Assembly (NCBI GenBank): GCA_051881295.1
Contig: JBJEPP010000106.1
Coordinates: forward strand, 8,375 to 72,374
Direction: 5' to 3'
Length of the DNA stretch: 64,000 nucleotides
Source of the DNA: Acutalibacteraceae bacterium
GTDB taxonomy: Bacteria > Bacillota > Clostridia > Oscillospirales > Acutalibacteraceae
The notes under the pieces were generated by a model. The model was not told where the DNA came from. It worked only from the letters and a program-made list of their open reading frames with translations, and made no database searches. Below, one piece after another: positions 57,633 to 64,000 of this stretch. A program made the position numbers and the translations under genes. The stretch's first letter is position 1. Each line of letters starts with the position of its first letter.

Positions 57633-60600
57633 TTATGCGTCAATAGTTGAAATTGTAATAGTTGTTTCTTCTAAAACATCAAGAAGAACATTAACTGTAT
57701 CAAGTGCCGTAAATATTGTTACATTGTTTTCGGTAGCACAGCGGCGAATAAGCTGACCGTCACTGTTTTCATCTGCATCGTTTATGTCTTTTGTGTTAAT
57801 AACATAAGCGATATGACCTTTACGGATTGCATTCGGTATTTCTTCGCTTTCGCTGATTTTTTTAAGAATATGAGTGCGAATACCGTTTTGTTTAAGGAAT
57901 TTAGCAGTACCCTCTGTTGCCTCAATATTAAAACCTAATTTGTAAAAACGGCGAATAAGAGGGAGTGCTTCTTCTTTATCCTTATCGGCAATAGTAGCAA
58001 AAACGGTACCGTAATTCTGAAGATGCATACCCGATGCCTGGAGCGCTTTGTAAAGCGCGCGGTTAAGCTTATCGTCATAACCGATAGCCTCGCCTGTTGA
58101 CTTCATTTCAGGTGAAAGGTATGCGTCAAGACCCCTTAACTTATTAAATGAGAATACGGGAACTTTTACATACCATCTCTTTTTCTCTTCGGGGTAAATG
58201 TCAAATATACCCTGCTCTTTAAGACTCTTGCCCATAATAACCTCGGTCGCAATATCGGCAAGGGAGTAGCCTGTTGCTTTTGAAAGAAACGGCACTGTTC
58301 TTGAAGAACGGGGGTTTACCTCGATAATGTAAACATCGTCATTATCGTCAACAATAAACTGAATATTATAAAGACCTACAATGCCAATGCCGAGACCTAA
58401 CTTTTTAGCATATTGAAGAATTGTGCCTTTAACTTTATTTGAAATGCTGAATGTAGGGTAAACGCTTATTGAGTCGCCTGAATGAATACCCGTTCTTTCA
58501 ACAAGCTCCATAATACCCGGCACGAAAACATCTCTGCCATCGCAAATAGCGTCAATTTCAACCTCTTTGCCCTGAATGTATTTATCAACAAGAACAGGCT
58601 TATCAACATCTACCTCAACGGCTGTTTTAAGGTAGTGACGGAGCTGATTTTCGTTTGCAACTATCTGCATTGCCCTGCCGCCTAAAACGAAGCTCGGTCT
58701 TACAAGAACAGGGTAACCGATTTCTTCAGCCGCTTTAACACCGTCTTCAATATTTGTAACTGCTTTACCTTTTGGCTGAGGAATATTAAGTTCTTTTAAG
58801 ATTTTTTCAAAGCTGTCCCTGTTTTCTGCTCTTTCAATAGCTTCGCAGTCTGTACCAATAAGCTTCACTCCTCTTTTCATAAGCGGCTCTGCAAGGTTAA
58901 TGGCAGTTTGACCGCCTAGAGAAGAAATAACGCCGTAAGGTTTTTCAAATTCGATAATATTCATAACATCTTCAGGAGTAAGAGGTTCAAAGTAGAGCTT
59001 GTCTGCCGTTGTGTAGTCGGTAGAAACTGTTTCGGGGTTATTGTTAATAATAATAGCCTCGTAGCCTGATTTTTTAATTGTTGTAACTGCGTGAACCGTT
59101 GAATAGTCAAATTCCACACCCTGACCTATACGAATAGGGCCTGCGCCTAAAACAACGATTTTTTCTTTATCGGTAATAACTGACTGGTTTTCGCCTGTGT
59201 ATGATGAGTAGAAATACGGAATATATGCGTTTGTATGGCAAGTGTCTACCATTCTGTAAACAGGGAACATATTATTCTCTTTACGGATATTGTAAACATC
59301 AAGCTCATCAACACCCCAAAGGTGCGCTACAAATTCGTCACAGAAGCCCATTTTTTTAGCTTCTGAAAGAACCTCAACATTTCCTTTATTTTCTTTAAGC
59401 TTATTCTCCATATCAATAATTCTCTTGAATGCTTCAAGGAAGTACGGAGTAATCATTGTGATTTCGTAAAGTTTTTCAACGGTAACGCCGCGAGCGATAG
59501 CCTCTGCTATTGCAAAAAGTCCGTCTGCTCTGAACTCTGTTATATAATCTACAAGCTCATCCACAGTCATATCGTTAAACTTGGTTGCATAGAAGTGGCA
59601 AGCGCCGACCTCTAATGAACGAACGGATTTCAAAAGGCTTTCTTCAAGATTTGAGCCGATACCCATTACTTCGCCTGTTGCTTTCATTTGAGTACCTAAA
59701 ATGTTTACGGCGCTTGTGAATTTATCAAACGGGAAGCGCGGAAGCTTTGCAATAACATAATCAAGCTGCGGCTCGAATGCTGCCGTTGTGTTTGCAACGG
59801 CAATATCTTCAAGAGCCATACCCAACGCAATTTTTGCGGTAACTCGTGCTATAGGGTATCCGCTCGCCTTTGACGCAAGCGCAGATGAACGGGAGACGCG
59901 AGGGTTAACCTCTATAAGAAAATACTCGCTTGAATTCGGATTTAATGCAAACTGAACATTACAGCCGCCCTCAATTTTAAGCTCTTTAATAAGCTTTATA
60001 GCACTGTCGTTGAGCATTTTCAGGTCATGGTCGTTTAATGTCATAATAGGAGCAACAACAATAGAGTCGCCGGTGTGAACGCCCACCGGATCGATATTTT
60101 CCATACCGCAGATTGTGATTGCGTGGTCGTTGCTGTCACGCATTACTTCAAATTCGATTTCTTTATAACCTTTAACGCTCTTTTCAATAAGTGCCTGAGA
60201 TACAGGAGAAAGTTTAAATGCATTACTGCCGATTTCAATAAGTTCTTCGTCGTTATTGGCGAAACCGCCGCCTGTACCGCCTAATGTAAATGCAGGGCGA
60301 ACAACTACAGGGTAGCCGATTCTGTTAGCCGCCGCAATAGCTTCTTCTAAGTTGTATGTAATCTCAGACGGAATTATCGGTTCACCGATGCTTTCGCAAA
60401 GTTCTTTGAAAAGCTCGCGGTCTTCTGCACGGCGAATACTTTCACTGCTTGTACCTAAAAGTTCAACACCGCACTCTTCAAGAACACCTTTTTCTTCAAG
60501 AGCCATAGCAAGATTAAGCCCTGTTTGACCGCCGATACCCGGAACAATAGCATCGGGACGCTCATATCTTAAAATTTTTGCCACATACTCAAGTGTAAGC

Positions 60601-60803
60601 GGCTCCATATAAACCTTATCTGCAATAGTAGTATCTGTCATAATAGTTGCAGGGTTAGAGTTTACAAGAACTACCTCGTAGCCCTCTTCTTTAAGAGCTA
60701 AACAAGCCTGTGTGCCTGCATAGTCAAACTCTGCCGCCTGACCTATGACAATAGGACCGGAGCCTATAATCAATACTTTTTTAATATCTGTTCTTTTTGC
60801 CAT
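57633..60803 (-). CDS. carB: carbamoyl-phosphate synthase large subunit
   Basis: 1056 aa, duplicated ATP-grasp halves. N-terminus KKVLIIGSGPIVIGQAAEFDYAGTQA. Confidence 0.93.
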   Translation of the reverse strand: MAKRTDIKKVLIIGSGPIVIGQAAEFDYAGTQACLALKEEGYEVVLVNSNPATIMTDTTIADKVYMEPLTLEYVAKILRYERPDAIVPGIGGQTGLNLAMALEEKGVLEECGVELLGTSSESIRRAEDRELFKELCESIGEPIIPSEITYNLEEAIAAANRIGYPVVVRPAFTLGGTGGGFANNDEELIEIGSNAFKLSPVSQALIEKSVKGYKEIEFEVMRDSNDHAITICGMENIDPVGVHTGDSIVVAPIMTLNDHDLKMLNDSAIKLIKELKIEGGCNVQFALNPNSSEYFLIEVNPRVSRSSALASKASGYPIARVTAKIALGMALEDIAVANTTAAFEPQLDYVIAKLPRFPFDKFTSAVNILGTQMKATGEVMGIGSNLEESLLKSVRSLEVGACHFYATKFNDMTVDELVDYITEFRADGLFAIAEAIARGVTVEKLYEITMITPYFLEAFKRIIDMENKLKENKGNVEVLSEAKKMGFCDEFVAHLWGVDELDVYNIRKENNMFPVYRMVDTCHTNAYIPYFYSSYTGENQSVITDKEKIVVLGAGPIRIGQGVEFDYSTVHAVTTIKKSGYEAIIINNNPETVSTDYTTADKLYFEPLTPEDVMNIIEFEKPYGVISSLGGQTAINLAEPLMKRGVKLIGTDCEAIERAENRDSFEKILKELNIPQPKGKAVTNIEDGVKAAEEIGYPVLVRPSFVLGGRAMQIVANENQLRHYLKTAVEVDVDKPVLVDKYIQGKEVEIDAICDGRDVFVPGIMELVERTGIHSGDSISVYPTFSISNKVKGTILQYAKKLGLGIGIVGLYNIQFIVDDNDDVYIIEVNPRSSRTVPFLSKATGYSLADIATEVIMGKSLKEQGIFDIYPEEKKRWYVKVPVFSFNKLRGLDAYLSPEMKSTGEAIGYDDKLNRALYKALQASGMHLQNYGTVFATIADKDKEEALPLIRRFYKLGFNIEATEGTAKFLKQNGIRTHILKKISESEEIPNAIRKGHIAYVINTKDINDADENSDGQLIRRCATENNVTIFTALDTVNVLLDVLEETTITISTIDA

Positions 60804-60830
60804 TTATAAATTCCTCCGAATAATAATTAC

Positions 60831-62057
60831 TTAATAAACCTTTTTGCCGTTACAAACAGTTATTTGGCACTCGCCTGATAACTTTTCGCTTAAAAACGGT
60901 GTTGCTTTGCCTTGTGATATTAAAAAATCCTCGGTTACTGCAATTTCTTTTTCCAAATCCCATATTGAATAATCAATATTGAGAGGTATTGAAAATCTTT
61001 TTCGCGGTGATAAAACCATAAGCTCTATCAGTCTTTCAAAATCTATTATACCCTTTTTCACAAGTTTTGTATACATAATTTGAAAAGAAGTTTCAATTCC
61101 TACAATACCGAATGCGCTTTTTTCCAGACCTTTGCTTTTTTCTTCTTTAGAATGGGGAGCATGGTCGGTAGCTATCATATCTATAGTGCCGTCTTTTATT
61201 CCCTCTATAAGAGCTTCTCTGTCTTCTTTGCTTCTTAGCGGCGGATTCATTTTAAATCTGCCGTCTTCCAGTAAATCGCTGTCGTCAAGGACTAAATAAT
61301 GAGGCGCTGTTTCGCAGGTAACATCTACACCCTCATCTTTAGCCTTGCGAATAAGACTGACGCTTTCTTTTGTTGAAATGTGGCAAACATGATATTTACA
61401 GCCTGTTTCTTTTGCTAATTTTAAATCACGCTCAATGGGCTTCCATTCGCTCTCACTGCATATACCCTTGTGGGAATGACTTTCCGCATAAGAGCCTTTA
61501 TGAATGTAACCGCCGAAAAGAAGCGAACTATCTTCACAGTGAGCAACTATTATTTTGCCTAAGGCTTTTGCTTTGAGCATAGCTTCACGCATAAGCTCCT
61601 CTGTTTGCACGCCTTTGCCGTCATCCGAAAAAGCAACTGCTATATCACGCATTTCTTCCATATCCGAAAGTTTCTCGCCTTGCTGACCTACCGTAATTGA
61701 GCCGTAAGGGTAAACATTTATAACAGCGTCTTTATCTATAATATCTTTTTGAACTTTTATATTTTCATAACTGTCAGGTACAGGGTTTAAATTAGGCATG
61801 GTCAAAACGCTTGTAAAACCGCCGTGAGCCGCCGCCCTTGAGCCTGACAAAACAGTCTCTTTATATGAAAAACCGGGCTCGCGAAAATGCACATGCACAT
61901 CGCAAAACCCAGGTAAAACAGTATATTTATCATTATTAAATTCAGAAAGAAAAACACTGTTTTTAAAATGCTCTAAAATCAAATTATATTGGGCGATGAA
62001 CTCGTCATTCCCAAACTTTTCAGCATTTATTGTTTTCGCCTTAATTTGCTGTAACAT
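60831..62057 (-). CDS. pyrC: dihydroorotase
   Basis: DVHVHFREPG metal-binding motif; amidohydrolase fold. ATG at 62057 (MLQQIK) follows AAAGGGA. The ORF-track N-terminal 20 aa overlap a leader terminator. Confidence 0.85.
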   Translation of the reverse strand: MLQQIKAKTINAEKFGNDEFIAQYNLILEHFKNSVFLSEFNNDKYTVLPGFCDVHVHFREPGFSYKETVLSGSRAAAHGGFTSVLTMPNLNPVPDSYENIKVQKDIIDKDAVINVYPYGSITVGQQGEKLSDMEEMRDIAVAFSDDGKGVQTEELMREAMLKAKALGKIIVAHCEDSSLLFGGYIHKGSYAESHSHKGICSESEWKPIERDLKLAKETGCKYHVCHISTKESVSLIRKAKDEGVDVTCETAPHYLVLDDSDLLEDGRFKMNPPLRSKEDREALIEGIKDGTIDMIATDHAPHSKEEKSKGLEKSAFGIVGIETSFQIMYTKLVKKGIIDFERLIELMVLSPRKRFSIPLNIDYSIWDLEKEIAVTEDFLISQGKATPFLSEKLSGECQITVCNGKKVY

Positions 62058-62081
62058 AACCGAATCCCTTTCTGTTTTGCT

Positions 62082-62114
62082 AAAATAAAAGCCTTGCACA
62101 AAGGCAAGGCTGAA
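62082..62114 (-). terminator. leader terminator/attenuator upstream of pyrC
   Basis: Minus strand: AGCCTTGC-ctttgt-GCAAGGCT followed by TTTTATTTT, about 25 nt before the pyrC start codon and downstream of the promoter. Confidence 0.6.
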
Positions 62115-62202
62115 CACACAAACATACAGATACAGCTAAACTGTACCTTATAAATTTTATTCAATCTTGCCGACATCCCGTGCCGATTTAAAGACCGTAA
62201 TT

Positions 62203-62231
62203 ATATTACCACGAGAGTATGTTTTTGTCAA
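62203..62231 (-). promoter_or_regulatory. pyr operon promoter
   Basis: Minus strand: TTGACA, 17-nt spacer, TAATAT. Confidence 0.6.
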
Positions 62232-62345
62232 TAGAAACCCCGATTATTTAGTAGATAAAAATACCATATAAATAATAAGCTTTTTTGTTGCATTTTACAC
62301 AATAAAACACTCAATTTTTTTACCTGAGAAAAATATAAAACTCTA

Positions 62346-62374
62346 TTGAATTTGCCGGTAAAATGGTATAGAAT
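62346..62374 (+). promoter_or_regulatory. promoter of the glycyl-radical enzyme operon
   Basis: TTGAAT, 17-nt spacer, TAGAAT. This places the ORF-track ATG at 62381 at about the transcription start. Confidence 0.5.
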
Positions 62375-62422
62375 GGCGTTATGTATTTATATTACATTAT
62401 ATTGCGATACGGCGGTGACAAT

Positions 62423-63166
62423 TTGAGCAAAGATATTTACATATTTCAAAAGGGCTTTAACTTTTCGCAGGACGGTCCCGGCAACAGGCTTGTTTACCAC
62501 CTTAGCGGATGTAACCTTTACTGTCCGTGGTGTTCTAACCCAGAGGGGCTCAGAATTACGGAAAGTGCCGTTAAGCTTACCGTAGACGACATTGTTAAAG
62601 AGGCCGTTTCTTGCAAAATGATGTTTATAGACGGCGGAGGCGTCACCTTAACAGGCGGTGAAGTTACCTGCCAAAAAGAAAGCGTATGTGAGCTTTTATT
62701 AAAACTTAAAGAGCAAAGCATACACACCTGTATTGAAACAAACTGCAGTATAAAAAACTGCGAAGAAATATTTGCTGCCGTAGATTATATGATAGCCGAT
62801 TTTAAAACACCTGATAAAGACTGTTTTAAAACCGTAACAGGCGGAGACCTTTCTGCAGTAAAAGAAAATCTGCTTTACAGAGTTAAAACAGGTAAACCGC
62901 TTTTAATAAGAATTCCTCTCATTAAATTTTTTAATGCAGGCAAAGAAAACGCCGAAAGATTTGCAGAATTTTTCTTAAAATTAAAAGAAAAAAGTCAAAA
63001 CTATAACCTGTATTTTGAGATATTGACCTATCACGAATTCGGTAAAGAAAAATATGAAAAGTTAGGTAAAACCTACAGCGTTACAAACGGTTTTGTAACC
63101 GATGAAGATGTCAGAATTCTTCTTGCCGAACTTAAAAGAAATAACTTAAATGTAATTAACACCTGA
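62423..63166 (+). CDS. glycyl-radical enzyme activating protein (radical SAM)
   Basis: DGPGNRLVYHLSGCNLYCPWCSNPE cluster motif. TTG at 62423 lies 4 nt after GGCGGTGA and gives a typical activase N-terminus. The alternative start is the ATG at 62381. Confidence 0.75.
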   Translation: MSKDIYIFQKGFNFSQDGPGNRLVYHLSGCNLYCPWCSNPEGLRITESAVKLTVDDIVKEAVSCKMMFIDGGGVTLTGGEVTCQKESVCELLLKLKEQSIHTCIETNCSIKNCEEIFAAVDYMIADFKTPDKDCFKTVTGGDLSAVKENLLYRVKTGKPLLIRIPLIKFFNAGKENAERFAEFFLKLKEKSQNYNLYFEILTYHEFGKEKYEKLGKTYSVTNGFVTDEDVRILLAELKRNNLNVINT

Positions 63167-63176
63167 GGTGACTGAT

Positions 63177-64000
63177 ATGTATAAATTTAACCCTACTGAA
63201 ACAACCGAAATGGCGAAGCTTCTTTTTAAAGAGGAGCGTGCCATAAACCACCTTGAAGGTTGGTTTTTAATGAAAGAAAAAGAGCAGGAAGCGCACGAAC
63301 AATTCAAAGATTTACCGACCATGAACCGTGCTGCCGAAAAATTCAGAGCTGCTGTTAAAGAGCTTCCGCTGTCTATAAGCGATAACGCTGTTTTTGCAGG
63401 AACTCAAAGAGACGCCTTTGCAAGAAGCTACGCTCTTATTAACCCAAGCTTCAGAGTAGAAACCTTTGAGGGTTATTGCGACCCCACGGCAGTTTTTAAC
63501 GATATTGACCCTACACCGGAGTTCACAAAAGAGCGTATTGAAAAACTCCGTTCACTTGATGCCGAAACCGATTATGTAAAAGAACTTACAAAGGTCTACG
63601 CAGGCTGTGAAAAGTTAACGGGCGAAGTAGCATTTTTCATTGAGCAGGTTACGGGGCACCTTATTCCCGATATGCGTTACGCATTAAAATACGGTGTAAA
63701 CAAAATGATTGCCGACATTGAAGAAAAACAAAAAACTTGCAACAGTGAGCAATACGAGAATTACGAGGCTATGAAAATCGCTCTTGACTGCGTAAAAATA
63801 TTAGCTTCTCGCTACAAAGCCATTGCAGAAGAAAAACTGATTTCTGCAAAAGGTGAACGCAAAGCACAGTTGGAGCTTATGGTTGCAACTCTTTCTAAAG
63901 TACCTGAAAAAGGCTCTGAAACACTTTACGAAGCTCTCCAAAGCTTTATGCTTTTATGGCAAACAATGTGCTTAGAGCAAGCGCCGAACCCGTTTGCATT
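63177..64000 (+). CDS. glycyl-radical enzyme, PFL2/glycerol dehydratase-like family (3' end outside window)
   Basis: Open frame from ATG 63177 (SD GAGGTGA) to the window end, not in the ORF track because no stop is reached. Translation reads MYKFNPTETTEMAKLL...VTGHLIPDMRYALKYGVNKMIADIEE...LQSFMLLWQTMCLEQAPNPFA. The N-terminal architecture is typical of PFL2-type GREs and the gene follows an activase. Confidence 0.7.
   Translation, partial: MYKFNPTETTEMAKLLFKEERAINHLEGWFLMKEKEQEAHEQFKDLPTMNRAAEKFRAAVKELPLSISDNAVFAGTQRDAFARSYALINPSFRVETFEGYCDPTAVFNDIDPTPEFTKERIEKLRSLDAETDYVKELTKVYAGCEKLTGEVAFFIEQVTGHLIPDMRYALKYGVNKMIADIEEKQKTCNSEQYENYEAMKIALDCVKILASRYKAIAEEKLISAKGERKAQLELMVATLSKVPEKGSETLYEALQSFMLLWQTMCLEQAPNPFA

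Overview
The window is 64 kb of a low-GC Firmicute (Clostridia) chromosome. Dockerin modules, spoIIGA-sigE and gene content suggest a Ruminococcus-like Oscillospiraceae organism; this is inference only. From the left: glycan utilisation and housekeeping genes (GH2 beta-galactosidase, GH38 alpha-mannosidase, EamA transporter, YfbR-like nucleotidase, IMPDH), then spoIIGA-sigE, a large dockerin-bearing peptidoglycan hydrolase, a GPH sugar symporter, a polar amino-acid ABC transporter and an LRR-dockerin surface protein. Next is the only clearly accessory region, 20.95-36.8 kb: a compact 15.8-kb phage-like element. It holds an XRE/ImmA switch, putative TerS, TerL, portal, Prp protease, scaffold, N4-gp56-type capsid, about 9 tail/unknown structural ORFs, holin and a SPOR-amidase endolysin. 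I see no integrase, excisionase, replication or early-lytic genes in it. To the right are tex, a DUF4080-type radical SAM gene, a ZTP-riboswitch-controlled purine operon (purE-F-M-N-PurO-purH-glyA-purD-purL), a pyrimidine operon (pyrC-carB-pyrK-D-F-E-B-I, no carA) and a glycyl-radical enzyme with its activase at the right edge. The main observations are listed here. (1) The replication- and integration-less phage-like element is a GTA/PBSX-like domestication candidate. (2) A family of sense-oriented 7-nt-periodic (AGCNNNN) arrays plus a shared hairpin sits immediately after stop codons in three intergenic regions, including a 36/39 inverted repeat. (3) A phage gene with an intact PG-binding domain can only start at AUA. 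(4) A phage Prp protease accompanies L27-like cleavage motifs on capsid and scaffold. (5) The PurF homologue lacks the catalytic Cys1. No tRNA, rRNA or CRISPR was seen. Coordinates of non-CDS features are hand-read and approximate to a few nt.
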